From Eledone cirrhosa (Eukaryota): 64,000 bases of DNA. Below are positions 41,035 through 53,824 of the stretch, one piece after another (position 1 is the stretch's first letter; each line of letters starts with the position of its first letter). A model generated the notes under the pieces. That model saw nothing but the letters and a program-made list of their open reading frames with translations, ran no database searches and was not told the DNA's origin. The stretch is from the NCBI GenBank assembly GCA_964016885.1, contig OZ024741.1, positions 43,090,001-43,154,000 on the forward strand. The letters are read 5' to 3'. The translations under genes were made by a program, and so were the position numbers.

Positions 41035-41399
41035 TTGTTTGGTATATTTGGGGCCGGTCATGTTGCTAATATTGCCAATAGGAAGAGACGTATGCACCAT
41101 CTAATTTTCACTTTAATTTATTGACAAAAGAAACAGTGACAATATAGAGAAGTTTAAGACCAGGCAAAAGACGAGGCACGGATCAGATAATCATTGAGGA
41201 CGTCACAGAAAGTGTGACCAAACTTTGATAAGCAAATGAATGACAAACAGTAAAGGTAAGGAAAAAAATATATGTAGAGTTTGTTTCTTACTCTTGGTAA
41301 TGTCAGTCACAAGACCATCGCAAAATATAACAATATTGGTTTCAACAAACGATTTGACATGAAACATTTCGCGAAACAAATACATACATACATACATAG

Positions 41400-41461
<62 letters not shown>

Positions 41462-41655
41462 ATATGGGTTTGTGTGTGTGTCTGTCTGCGAGCGTGCGTG
41501 CGTGTGCGCGCGTGTGCGTGTGTGTGTACCCACGAACTGGTTCGGATTTATTGATATAGAAGCTTGCGTCTAAGCTTTGCGAACACTCACTCATTTTGCT
41601 AAAACGACATAGGTATGCTCGAAGAAAATCAATAACTCACAATAAAACACACACA

Positions 41656-41701
<46 letters not shown>

Positions 41702-41823
41702 ACCTACAGAAATGTTATGTCAAATTCTAACATTGCTACACACACATACATATAAACATATATGTGTTTGTGTGTATTTGTGTGTGTATATCAGTTTGTG
41801 TATATATTTATATATGTATATAT

Positions 41824-41896
<73 letters not shown>

Positions 41897-41913
41897 CATA
41901 TATATATATGTAC

Positions 41914-41949
<36 letters not shown>

Positions 41950-41971
41950 CTATATATATATATATACATAT

Positions 41972-42025
<54 letters not shown>

Positions 42026-43153
42026 AATGAGCATTCATGATCTTTGCAACAAAAGCAAATGCCAGACGATTTGGCTCCACGTTTGCTGTGCATACACTTT
42101 CAAGGGGCTAATTTCGCTGGGAAAAAGAAGAGATAAGAAAACATTAACATCATTATAAATATCAGTTATCAATACAACCATCATCATTATGATTCCTCTC
42201 ATGATCTTATTGATAAGTATAATGAAAATTATATCATGAACATGATCCGGTTGACGATGTACATAGTGAGCATCATTATCAACAATCTTTGGTATTATTG
42301 TAGTTGTCATTGTCTTTCTCTGAGTTGTAGCAAACTAATGTAGTTTGATATTGATATTGACGCATCTACCTACGTAAATTGAACAAATATACACTATTCC
42401 CAGTGTTCCTTATATTACATTATTACAAACATATTTAGAGTGTGTGTGTTTTGTCAATTGAAGTCCGCCATGCTGTTTTATTTAAAATGTTAGATCTTGT
42501 TTTTCATAGAATATTCGTTGTATTTTATATTACCTCTCGCCAGTCTTTCTGTATATATATAAATACAATCATCTATACATGAATACACACAAATACATAC
42601 ATGACGGCTTCCCCCTTGTTATAGAGTATGGCCATTGCATGATATACCATTATTAATAATTATTAATTAATTCTATCTTGCAATGCCTGTGCATGAAGTT
42701 ATTTTTTAAAGTGAGGAAAGACTGTGCACTGAGCCAATCCCACTCTCTGAGCGACAGTAACTGTAACCCGAAAAGAAGAAAAGATTAACATTATCGGTAA
42801 CTACTGAGCCGCAGGTTTTATTTCGGAGTTATCCCAGTTTCCTGAGTTGCCTTCTCCTAGAAGAATGCCCTGACAAAGGCTAGGGGTCCTTCACTCCCAG
42901 TGGTTTAACCGCGCAGTACATGTGTATATACATATTTACACACTTTTGGATGGTCGTTGACTCTTATCAGTTCTTCCGCCCTTTGTCAGGTTTTGTTATT
43001 TGTCCTGCAGAGTGTCCAAAATCACCCTCCTCACCAAGTAAACTTGGTGGGGTTACCTGTTTAGTCGTCGACGACCCGACCATGCGAATGGTTGTACTGG
43101 GTTACATGTTACCAGTAGCACTGAAGAGTGACCCGACATACATACATACGTAC

Positions 43154-43204
<51 letters not shown>

Positions 43205-43374
43205 TATATATATATCTGTGTGTGTGTTGTGTGTCTGTAGTATGAGGTTTAATGAATTACTGGAGGTGGAGCCAGTATGAGAACTCGATACACAAGCAGA
43301 GTGTATAATATAACAGAAATCGATGAAGTTTCGTTTACATGCATTTACGGTTTTATTGAGTATCGCACTGTCAC

Positions 43375-43424
<50 letters not shown>

Positions 43425-43427
<3 letters not shown>

Positions 43428-43770
43428 ATATTAAATAAATGGAAAACTATATTTATAAAACCATATTTATTTCATTATATATATTTCGGGGATATCATAT
43501 TAACAATATGCTATGCCTTCATCAGACAAAATACAATATAAACAGTTTTATAGATAAAAAAGTGTTTATATTGTATTTTGTCTGATGAAGGCATAGCATA
43601 TTGTTAATATGATATCCCCGAAATATATATAATGAAATAAATATGGTTTTATAAATATAGTTTTCCATTTATTTAATATTGTAAATATACTCCAAATATT
43701 TGTCGAGTGCTTTTATATCAGTTATAAATATTTACTAGTTGTAACCCAACAATTTTAAATATAACTTTAC
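43425..43770. mobile_element. Inverted-duplicated hammerhead element (ribozyme 43574-43639 + and 43468-43533 -)
   Basis: tattttgt-CTGATGA-aggcatagcatatt..aatatgatatcccc-GAAA-tatata-TA-atgaaata; ~120-bp arms. Confidence 0.75.
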
Positions 43771-43839
43771 ATATATATATATATATATACTGTACCGATA
43801 TGTTGTTATTTCTGTTTACCTTTTACACACACACACATA

Positions 43840-43887
<48 letters not shown>

Positions 43888-44291
43888 TGTAGGGGGGTGT
43901 TTGTAAAAGGTAAACAGTATATATGCATATATATATATATATACATGCGCGGGGACATAGAAATAGTCGGGCTGGACACCCGATCACGCGGTTAAACCAG
44001 TGGGAGTGAAGGACCCCTAGCCTTTGTCAGGGCATTCTTCTAGGAGAAGGCAACTCAGGAAACTGGGATAACTCCTATATAAAACCTGCCGCTCAGTAGT
44101 TACCGATGATGTTGATCTTTTCTTCTTTTCGGGTTATAGCTACTGTCGCTCAGAGAGTGGGATTGGCTCAGTGCACAGTCTTTCCTCACTTTAAAAAATA
44201 TCTTCACGCACAGGCATTGCACGATAGAGTTAATTAATAATTATTAATAATGGTATATCATGTAATGGCTATACTCGATAACGAGGGGGCA

Positions 44292-44366
<75 letters not shown>

Positions 44367-44373
<7 letters not shown>

Positions 44374-44728
44374 GTGAGGTTTTTTTTACAAAATGAAAAA
44401 TAACCGAGGTGTCCAACACGAGTGAAAGTATAAAGAAAAAGAGATGAAATCGAAAATGCAACTGAAGTCTTATTTTTTTTAAAAATATATATATTTATTT
44501 GGTTCCTTTACCGGTTTCGCAGTTCTTCTGCTTTTCAAAAGGTGAGTTGAGATGGAGGGACTGTGGTTTTTCTCACATCAGATGTGAGAAAAACCACAGA
44601 CCCTCCATCTCAACTCACCTTTTGAAAAGCAGAAGAACTGCGAAACCGGTAAAGGAACGAACCAAATAAATATATATATTTAAAAAAAAAATATGACTCC
44701 AGTTACATTTTCGATTTCATCTCTTTTT

Positions 44729-44735
<7 letters not shown>
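44367..44735. mobile_element. Palindromic hammerhead element centred at 44580 (same family as 40782-40985)
   Basis: ~155-bp arms; both loci start ttagaaagtgaggttttt. Confidence 0.8.
44618..44655 (+). ncRNA. Minimal type I hammerhead, U3-A8 core variant (copy 44505-44542 -)
   Basis: cctt-TTGAAAA-gcag-aagaa-ctgc-GAAA-ccgg-TA-aagg. Confidence 0.75.
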
Positions 44736-44777
<42 letters not shown>

Positions 44778-44899
44778 TGTGTGTACTAATTATGTACTTT
44801 TGGCTTTGCAGTGTTGTGTTTGTATTATGCGTGTCCGCGTACTGTGTGTGTATGAACAAATATTTTGTATAAACTGTTTATTAATATGCATGCATATGA

Positions 44900-45680
44900 G
44901 GATTGCAGTTTCTTCACAGACGATTTCCGTCTCTTACTGATTCTTCGTTATCATTCCATCTGCGTCCATGACTTCGTAGATGACTTTGCAGTCAAGCTGT
45001 AGATCTGCACGGTTTACGACACAGGTGACGGAAGAGAGTTGTCCTGTCCACAGGACCGGTGGTATTGTCCAGTGGGACACACACTTTATGGACTACCATG
45101 TCTTTTTTTTTAGTCTGGAGCTAGTTCTACACACTTTGTTGCATATCACACACGTTGTTTCTTCAGGGCTTTGTTGAGTGGTGTTGCGGGAGGTTATCTT
45201 TCATGTGACTTCAAGTGATTAACCATCAAGTTTTTCAGTAAGGTTGCATGCACATCTGCTTGCTTCAGTTTGGTAACATCAATGCGTTCCTGTGCTTTCA
45301 TTCCACTCATAGGAATTCTTTTGCGTATCCTCATCTTGAACTTTCCTCGCACTAATTTGTGCTCAGTGCCACGTTCTGCACTACGCAACAGACGCATGGT
45401 ACACACATCACTTAGATCTCGTTTACGAGTTTTGATGAAGTCAATCATGTGTCCATGCCTGGATCTTGCATGATATCAGGTAGCTTTTTATTTGAATTTC
45501 TGACGGAAAAGAGTGTTGGGAATGGTTAAGTTAAGTTCTGAGCGGAGTTCAAGCAACCTCAGGCCGTTGGCGTTCCTTTTACCGATACCAAATGGACTAC
45601 TGGCGCCCCACGTCTCGTGACCACTACTCACACGAGCATTAAAATCACCCAAAAAGAAATAATTTATCCTCAGCATGTTT
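44900..45680 (-). pseudogene. Internally deleted RTE-clade LINE (APE remnant joined to 3' end)
   Basis: GDFNARV, GIGKRNANGLRLLE, NTLFRQK, MIDFI..RDLSDV..GTEHKLV. Confidence 0.75.
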
Positions 45681-45734
45681 GCATGCCATGACAGCATACA
45701 TACATACATACATGCATACATGCATACATACATC

Positions 45735-46650
45735 TCTCTGATATAAATCTCTCACCCAGAGAAATCGGAAGATCCTATTCAATGTTCAAACAAGATGAAA
45801 ACATTGACCAATTTACAGAAAAAGTTGTGCATGGATACTTGAGACGTAAAACACAGACCATAGAGGGGATAAACCACTCAAGAAGCCTGGCATGGAGTTC
45901 CGACAAGTTTATGACATTACACCTTGAGGGATATTTCTATGGAACTCCCTACCAAATATCTGCTGCACAAAAGAGGAGGGCCATCAGCTCACAATAAATG
46001 CAGGCTATGTAAAACAAAGATCGAAGATGTAAGCCACATTGTTGCCAGCTGCGAAAGAATGTCATCTCGCTACTACCTCCCCATGAGACACGATGGGATA
46101 GCTAGAACCATCTGGAACGCACTTCGGAAAACAAAATTAAAAACAAACGAGGAAGAATATATTGAGACAGATGGCACTAAGGAATACTGGTGGAACCTGA
46201 AAATAAACACGGCCACCAAATTAATGCACAACCGGCCTGATATTGTTGTTTGGGACCACACATTGAAAACGTGTTCTGTTGTGGAGATCAGCTGCCCACT
46301 AGATGTAAACTTTGTCAGAAAAATAGAGTAGAAGAAGGACATCTACGGACCATTGATGAGGAGTTTACAAATCCAGTATCCAAGATACACCTTTAGCTTT
46401 ATACCCATCATTATTGGTGCTACGGGTTATATACCAACCCGCTTCGACCAATGTATAACTGAACTTGGATTTGCGGACAAAGAGCGCAGCTCCCTAATTC
46501 ATAGTCTACAAATGGCTGCGATAGCTGGCACCTTCAAAATTTGCAAAACATTCTTGCGATTCAAGGGATGACAATTTCTTTTCTTTCACAACCTTGTCAC
46601 CAGGAATGTGGCCGGTCAAAAATATACTCGAAATTAAGAGAAAGAGAGAA
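45735..46650 (+). pseudogene. 3' part of an R4/NeSL-type RLE LINE (CCHC knuckle + PD..D/E nuclease)
   Basis: CRLCKTKIEDVSHIVASC..RHD, NRPDIVV..VVEISCP, FIPIIIGATG. Confidence 0.85.
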
Positions 46651-46679
46651 CATACATACATACATACATACATACATGA

Positions 46680-47025
46680 TGGCTCAAACTCTGCTAAGAT
46701 TATACCAATCACTTGTCAGATTCAGATGTGTGACGCTCGGATATGGCTTTTCAAGCCCGCTAGAGACGTGCACTCCTTCGCACACTGACGACAACTATGG
46801 ATCTCTCTGGCCTGAGGTCTTGCACCAGATTGCCTGTGAAGCCTCACAATACCGTGGGGATCATAGTTCACTGGTTCTCTTTGAACATGGCTGCGACTAT
46901 GGCTCCTGAGACCAGATTTGCCCAAGCAAAGTTTTTCACACTCAGGGCACTTCAATTCAATGGAGACACCGATCGTTTCGAGATAAACACCAGGGCATTG
47001 CTTACGCTCATCCCATTTGACCGTT
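46680..47025 (-). pseudogene. RTE-clade LINE 3' end with C2H2 fingers and (ATGT)n tail
   Basis: CPECEKLCLGKSGLRSHSRSH; CRQCAKECTSLAGLKSHIRASH. Confidence 0.65.
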
Positions 47026-47499
47026 TCAGGTCGCTCTCGAGTGCTACTGGTAACATGTAACTCAGTACAACCTGTCTCATGGCCGGGTCGTCGGCGACTA
47101 AACCGGCAACCTCACCAAGCAAGCTTGGTTGCCGGTTTAGGAGGGTGATATTAGGACATCCTGCGGGATGAAATTCAAGACCTGGAAAAGGGCGGAGTAA
47201 ACGGCCATCCAAATAGTACTAGTACATACATACATGCATATATAAATACATACATACTTACATAAACACATAGAGACACATACACTGACACACGGACATA
47301 CACACACACTTACACATTTAAACATTAAATTTCTGAAAATCAATTTAAGCAAATCAGTTAAGAAAAAAGTTAAGCAAAGCTAATTTTCCTTGCAGTAGTC
47401 AATTTTTAAATATAATTTATGCTATTTCATACCTCGTCTTCCATTTATATTACATTACTTTGGTTAGGTTCATTAATACTGTATTACTAATACTATGAA

Positions 47500-47820
47500 C
47501 GCGCACTATTTGTAGTTAACGTCTTCACTTTACGAACTTGAATTTGATTCTTGAGCAAAACACTTTATTTCACTTAGCTTAAGTTTACTCAGCTGGCAAA
47601 AATGAGTTGTATCCTTAATTCAAATGGCCAGCTTTGTCACGCTTTGTCACACTGTCACGCTGAATTTCTCAGAGAATTGCTTATAGGGAACACGTGTCTG
47701 TGGAATGTTCAGCTACTTGTATATCACTTCTAGGAGCAGACTGGCTTGTTTATCAAACAAATGGATGTCTCATCGTATATACCGACGGAGGTTCAACAGA
47801 ATAGTAGTATTACTACAAAC
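47500..47820 (+). mobile_element. Old SINE-like remnant (other decayed SINE-like pieces ~17240-17570 -)
   Basis: cttgagcaaaacactttatttcac..actcagctggcaaaaatgagt, a CORE/Deu-like block recognised from memory. Confidence 0.45.
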
Positions 47821-47894
47821 GGTTATATTGTTATTATTTTGCAGCGTTCTGACTGACATCGTCTATATAACGGAGACGGTTCATTTCGTAGATT

Positions 47895-47947
<53 letters not shown>

Positions 47948-48216
47948 ATAATAATAATAATAATGATTTCATTTATTGGCCACAAGGGCCGACATATAGG
48001 GGACAACACAATAGACAGGGACAGTGGGGGTTTACATAGAGATCGAGTAAGTATAAATAACAAAAAACAAAATAACAATAAAAATACAACAATGAAAGTT
48101 CCCCAATAAGAGGGATCACCACCCAGGGTTGACTCAAGCACCCCACCAGTCCTGAGCCACCCGACGCTCCTAGGGCACCCGGGAAGGGCACCCCTCTCCT
48201 TCTCGAATTCACCAGC

Positions 48217-51200
48217 CTACAGGCGCATGATCAGAGTAGGCCCACTCACACGGGCCATTCTCGCCACATTCACCCACCTTTCAGTAAATGTACTGGGGGG
48301 CAGCACTTCTCTCTCCACCCTCACCTTCCTTTCCAAGTGAAACTTGAAGAAGTTGATGAGGGATTGGCCGAAGAGAAAAGTGTCTGTCTTCAGTCCTTTC
48401 AACCTGGTCCACCATGCAACCTCTTTCGCTACTGCCACCAGGCAGAGGAAAATTGCCTGCCCTTCCTGACCAAAAGAAGGCGGCGGGTCAATCTTCACTA
48501 TGGACTCGGACGATAGCCGGATCCGTTCTACACGCGACAATAGCTGTTCGACATAACCCCACAAGTCAGCAATGCACGGACACTGGACGAGTGCGTGCAG
48601 AACGGTTTCGTCGCTCTGCGCGCATCTCGGGCAGGTTCGTCTGACAGCACTTCCGTGCCTGTAGAGTTTATCCCGAACCGGCAGCGCCCCCCGGTAGCAC
48701 TGCCAAGCGAGGGATTTCTGGAAGTTATCCATCGTCCCCGGCTCGAAAGTCCTCCGGAACATACTGGTCAGTTCTACTTCGTTGACGCCCAGAGCCTCTC
48801 CTAGTACGTCATCGCACTTGCCCTCCACTAATCCTCTATAGAAATCTTGAGTGGAAGTTCCACTGACCGCATTGCCCACCTTGCAGAGTGCAGTGAGCGC
48901 CTGGCAACATTCCAGATGCCAGTCGCCCAGTCTCGGTCTCTTCTTGACCCAGGACTGCAGCTCAGTCAAAGAGATGAGCTGCGGAAAGGCCCGTCTAACA
49001 AACGGCGACCACACCTGTTCACCGTTTAGGCAAAATATCTGGAGATGTCGCAGCCTCAGCGCATGTCTGCGCATCATTAGCCACGGCATGCCCAGCCCTC
49101 CACGAAGAGGGTGCTGGCAGCAGATGGACCGCCTCACCAACGGGACCCATCCCCTCCACAAAAATTTGAAAAGGAGCCGTTCCAAATTGGCGAGGCGTGG
49201 ACGGGGGCAAGGCACGACGGTCAGGCGGTAGTAGATGACGGATGCGATGTACGCGTTCGCCACCTCCGCCCGCCCTTTCAGTGATAGCTTTCTCTCAGCC
49301 CATTTCTGGGTGAGGTTGGCTATCCTGCTCGTCACCTCGTCCTAATTCTTATCCACCTGGAGGTCTGGTCCGAACCAAACCCCGAGCAACTTTACCGGTC
49401 CGTCTGTCCAGCGCCCAACGACGATGTTGGACGGCATGGACTTGCCTCTCCAGGTGCCGAGCTGCAAGCCCACCGACTTTTCCGGGTTAAGTTTTGCTCC
49501 CGTCAACCTTTCATATTCCTCCAAATGGGTGCGGATCACCTCGATTTCCGAGGTGTCCGACACCATCACGGTGATGTCGTCCGCATAAGCGGACGCAGCC
49601 TTTCTACGTCCCGGTTCGAGCGGGATGCCCTGCAACAACTCCAGCTTCCGCAGTAGAGGCTCAAGAGTCAATACGTACAGAAGTGAGGAGAGAGGGCACC
49701 CTTGACGGACCGATCGAGAGATCTGAAACGGTTCCGAGAGGTGGCCATTAACTTTGACCACCGAGCAGATGCCGCTGTACATTGCAGCGATCCAGCTTCT
49801 GAAGACGGGGCCGAAGCCAGCCGCCTCGAGGACAGCCTCCAAGTACCGATGGTCGACCCTGTCGAATGCTTTCGATTGATCTAAATTGATCAGAGCCCCA
49901 CCGAAGCCAGGTTTGCACCCAACCCTCTCTATGATGTATCGCATGAGGTGGAGGTTGTCGTGTATGGACCTGGTCGGGATTGCGCAAGTTTGCGCCTCCC
50001 CAACCAAATCTTTGACGACAAGCGCCAACCTTTTCGCTAACACCTTGGCCAAAATCTTAAACTCTGTGTTGAGCAGGATTATGGGCCTGAAATTATCTAG
50101 TGTGTCCCTCTTGTTCTCGTCTTTCCTCATCAGCGTCACTACGCCACGGCTCACAGAACTGGGAATGCTCCCGTTCTGCTGCCAGTTGCAGTAGAGCGCT
50201 TCGAGGAGATCGGAGAACAAGTCTGGCATATTTACGTAAAGCTCGTAGGGCAGACCGTCCAAACCGGGTGAGTTGCGACTCGAGCAGCCGACAAGGGCGT
50301 CCTGAATTTCGACTGATGTTATCGGCTCTTCGCAGCGCTGAGCGTCGGCCGTCGAGAGGCGTGGCAAGCCGTCGAGGTAGGGACTGAAGTCCGCCGCCGT
50401 CTCCGACTCACCCATCCTCCCGAACAATCGAGCAAAGTGCTGGCGAAAGGCCTTACACATCTGCTTGGAATCGCTCAGTTCGTGTCCATCTCGATCCGTC
50501 AAAGACCGAATTGTGGTTTTATTTCCACGCTGCGTCTCTGCAAAGCGAGCCCATCGGGCAGCTTTGGTTCCCTCGTTCCTCAGAGCACGCGCCTTAGCTC
50601 TGACAATGCAACCTTCGTGTTTCGCATTGAAGAAATGGTCTAGTGCCGTTCTCGCCGCTAGCACGTCTGTTGCAATGCCACTACAAATAGCCTCGTCTAA
50701 CTTAGCTATCAGCCCCTCCTCCTTTCTATTTTTCTCTATTGCTACTTTTTTGCTAAATCCTATCGAGGTTGCTCTAATCTCTCTTTTGAGAGCCCCCCAC
50801 CACTGTTGTTGACAACCCCCCCTGTCAACTTTTGCTTAACTAAGTTGTTGACCCGGTCCCTGTAAGCTTTACGTGCCGGAAACGACATGTTTAGCTTCCA
50901 GTAGCTAGGTCCTAACCTACGTGTCTTATCTAGGTCGACCATACAGATCACAAGCTTGTGATCTGAATAGGCAACCGTTTTAAAATGTGAACATCCTACA
51001 CTATTTCTATCTCTTTTCCTAATGAAAATCCTATCTATGTACGATCTAGATGACCCTATGCGATTGGTCCAGGTCCATACTGGCGCATTAGGGAAATCTA
51101 GTCGGTACCTGTCAGACAGTTGAAACTGGCTGATCAGGTACTTGAGGCTTTTGCACCCCCCGCTCCTATCAGATACTCCCACAATCCCAGCGTGCTTCTA

Positions 51201-51633
51201 AGATGCCATTCCAATCCCCTATTAACAGTAAAGGGCGAGACGTAAGCAGAAAGTTTTCCAGGCGCCTAAAGAAGTCCGGCCGACCGGCCCCAGTGGGGGC
51301 GTAGACGGCCACCAGTCTAAAGGCACCACCTTCGCCATTGCCCACGTCCAGGACCACCAACTTTCCGTCAGGATCCCGGAAGATTGACCTTACCTCGAGA
51401 TCCAGACATTTCCTAAACAGCATAGCCACTCCACCTCCCATTCCCGGCCGACTAACAGATGCAAAGATCTGATAATCGTCGAAAATCGGCGCCAGTGCGC
51501 GTGTGTCGGAAATTCTGGTCTCGCTGATGGCAATTACATCCATTCCTAGTGACCTGAGGTCGTTGAGCAAGTGACCTTGCTTCCAGGGCGACCCCAGGCC
51601 ACGAACATTTAAACTTCCTACTCTTATGGCCAT
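48217..51633 (-). pseudogene. L1/Tx1 ORF2 (APE + RT + CCHC); frameshifts ~51170 and ~50800, stop at 49342
   Basis: SLNVRGL, SETR, VYAP, GDWN, YIDRI, SDH, SPGLDG, FRPI, DQSKAFDRV, RQGCPLS, AYADD, CPRC..ETVLHALVQC. Confidence 0.95.
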
Positions 51634-51662
51634 GCTGGCAGGATGAATGGGAGAGGAAAGGT

Positions 51663-53573
51663 TTACTTACCTTCCGGGGTCTTGTGAAGGTCGGGTGGTT
51701 CGACCTCCATGGTTTGTGGGGTTTCTTTTGGGAACCCCTTTAATAGTCTTGAAGTGGGTTTTACGTTCGGGGTTCCCACATCCCGAGGAAAGCTCTTTCG
51801 AATTTCTTTGTATGAAGCGAGCGACATTCGCATCAGAAGCAAATTATCTGGTACGCGAAATGTGCTCGCTTCAAATGTTTCCCCCTCTTTTTCGATGTTT
51901 GTGCTTCGTGCTACATGGGCCATCAATTCCTTGTTGGCCCTTCTGGCAAGCACGAAGTTTTTAATGTTTTGTTGCTCGGGTTTTATTTGTTCGTGTGATT
52001 GTGGTGGTGATGGCTTTGTTAGTGTTGTTTCTATTGTGTCTGCGTTTGTTGTGGGTGGGGTGTCTGTAGTTTCTGATGTTTGTGTGTCTATTTGTTCTTG
52101 TGTCTGTTTAGCTTGTTTGCGTTTGGGGGATTTTGGTGGTTGTGTTGGTGATGCTGTGGGGAAAATGTTTGTGTGGGTGGTGTGTGTATTTTTTTTTGTG
52201 GGGGTGTTTGTGCTTTGTGGATTTCTTTTTTTTTTGTGTTTTGTTTTTTGTATTTTGGGGGACTTTGGTTTTCCCTCATCTTCACTGCTGGAGGATGAGG
52301 GGTCTGTGGCTGTGAGCGTGTTTGTGTCTGAGTGAGTGTTTATGTTCTTGTTCGTGTGTGTATTTTGGGGGGGAGGGGGAATGGGAGAGCTTTCCTCGTT
52401 TCCCCCCTGGGTGTGCAATTTTGGTGGTTCCATTGTTGACGGTGTTGCTGGTGGTCCTTGTCCCGGCGTCGCCAGCAGTGGAATCTTTCGACCCCTTGCG
52501 CTTTTCGGCAGTTGAGGGCAGAAGGCTCGCAAGTGTGTCGTTTCCCCACAAAGGAAACAATGCGGCCTTTTGCCCTCAGTCATTATATGCAACACCCTCC
52601 CGTTTTGGAGGCGGATGTGGTCCGGGATTGCTTTTACGTTTTCGGGTCTGATTTGGAGCAGTATCTCCAGATCAACCCCGGACCAGTCGTCCCTGGCAGT
52701 TCTCGTTGCCTCTACCGGGACTGTATCCGTTCCTTCCACGATTACGCAACCCAGGAGCCACCACATGTCAAGTCCTGGTGGAATCCTGGGAATGCGCACA
52801 CGTGCTATTCGTTTTCCCATGTGGGAGGGGTACATTATGACCTTGCTGGTTTTGCAAGGGGTCATTGAATGCTTCACAGCGAGGGCTTCAGACTTGAACA
52901 GCACCGAAACGGTGCTGTATTGCCTGCCCCTCTCTATGAAGTCTGTGTCCTCTCTGATGTATTTCAGTGCAGCTTCTATATCAGCTTGGGCGATTATCGC
53001 TGCCCTCTTTGTCTCTACTGAGATGCATCTGAAATGCACCGTTCTTTTTTCCACTGCCTCAATGGCTTCTGCCGGGACAGTTAAGTTTGCCCAGGTCTGC
53101 TCTTGATTTATGATTTTCCAGGCCTGGGCCAACTTTTCCTCTCTGTTGGTTAAGTCGATGCTGTAGCATGGTCTCCTTTTAGCCGCTGCCACAGCAGAGA
53201 AGGTGTTCTTGTTGGTGTTGTCACTGTTGTTGTTCTTGTTGGTGTTGCTGCTGCTATTGCTGTTGTTGTTCTCCCCTGTGTCGTGGTTACCCTCTGTGCT
53301 GTTGGCCTTGTTGGTGCTGCTGCTGTCGCTACTATTACTCTCTGTGCTGTTCGTTTTGTTGGTGCTCTCGCTATTACCACCTTCTGCGCTGTTCGGCTTG
53401 TTGGTGTTGGTGTTGTCGCTGTTACCACCTTCCGCGCCGCTCGGCCCGTTGGTGCTGGCACTGTCGCTGCTCACACTCGTGCTGGTGGCGCTCCTCGCCC
53501 CACCTCTCCTCTCAACGCTCAAGTCGCCATTGCACGACAGCAGACCCGCCTCTAGGGGGCGTGGCTCCGCCAT
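51663..53573 (-). CDS. L1/Tx1 ORF1 protein, 636 aa, intact
   Basis: ATG start; zinc knuckle CFLCGETTHLRAFC; low-complexity S/N/T and P/T/K flanks; ends 30 bp before the ORF2 ATG. Confidence 0.88.
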   Translation of the reverse strand: MAEPRPLEAGLLSCNGDLSVERRGGARSATSTSVSSDSASTNGPSGAEGGNSDNTNTNKPNSAEGGNSESTNKTNSTESNSSDSSSTNKANSTEGNHDTGENNNSNSSSNTNKNNNSDNTNKNTFSAVAAAKRRPCYSIDLTNREEKLAQAWKIINQEQTWANLTVPAEAIEAVEKRTVHFRCISVETKRAAIIAQADIEAALKYIREDTDFIERGRQYSTVSVLFKSEALAVKHSMTPCKTSKVIMYPSHMGKRIARVRIPRIPPGLDMWWLLGCVIVEGTDTVPVEATRTARDDWSGVDLEILLQIRPENVKAIPDHIRLQNGRVLHIMTEGKRPHCFLCGETTHLRAFCPQLPKSARGRKIPLLATPGQGPPATPSTMEPPKLHTQGGNEESSPIPPPPQNTHTNKNINTHSDTNTLTATDPSSSSSEDEGKPKSPKIQKTKHKKKRNPQSTNTPTKKNTHTTHTNIFPTASPTQPPKSPKRKQAKQTQEQIDTQTSETTDTPPTTNADTIETTLTKPSPPQSHEQIKPEQQNIKNFVLARRANKELMAHVARSTNIEKEGETFEASTFRVPDNLLLMRMSLASYKEIRKSFPRDVGTPNVKPTSRLLKGFPKETPQTMEVEPPDLHKTPEGK

Positions 53574-53784
53574 GTTTTTTTGAGAAAAAAAATTATTATT
53601 TTTCCAAAATAAAGTTCAAATATTTGGGCCAAAAGGCCCAAATATTATGAGTTATTCCTTCACAGGATACAAATGAATGTCTTATAATGCTTCAGCGGTA
53701 CAAAAAAATAAACAATTCTCCACAATTAATCCTCAAAAAATTGCTTACTCACGGAGCTTCAAAAAACGTACATCCAATTTCGTC

Positions 53785-53823
<39 letters not shown>

Positions 53824-53824
<1 letters not shown>

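Larger units (their letters stand above)
47964..53784 (-). mobile_element. Full-length L1/Tx1-clade LINE, copy A
   Basis: 5' UTR, ORF1, ORF2, 3' UTR ending cccttgtggccAATAAAtgaaatc + (ATT)n. Confidence 0.9.

Noticed and set aside
46722-46955. Host C2H2 zinc-finger exon
   Set aside because: Finger spacing, adjacent tetranucleotide tail and context fit an RTE LINE C-terminus.
51709-53583. Plus-strand ORFs antisense to LINE ORF1 (and similar antisense ORFs elsewhere)
   Set aside because: Shadow frames of low-complexity coding sequence with no motifs.
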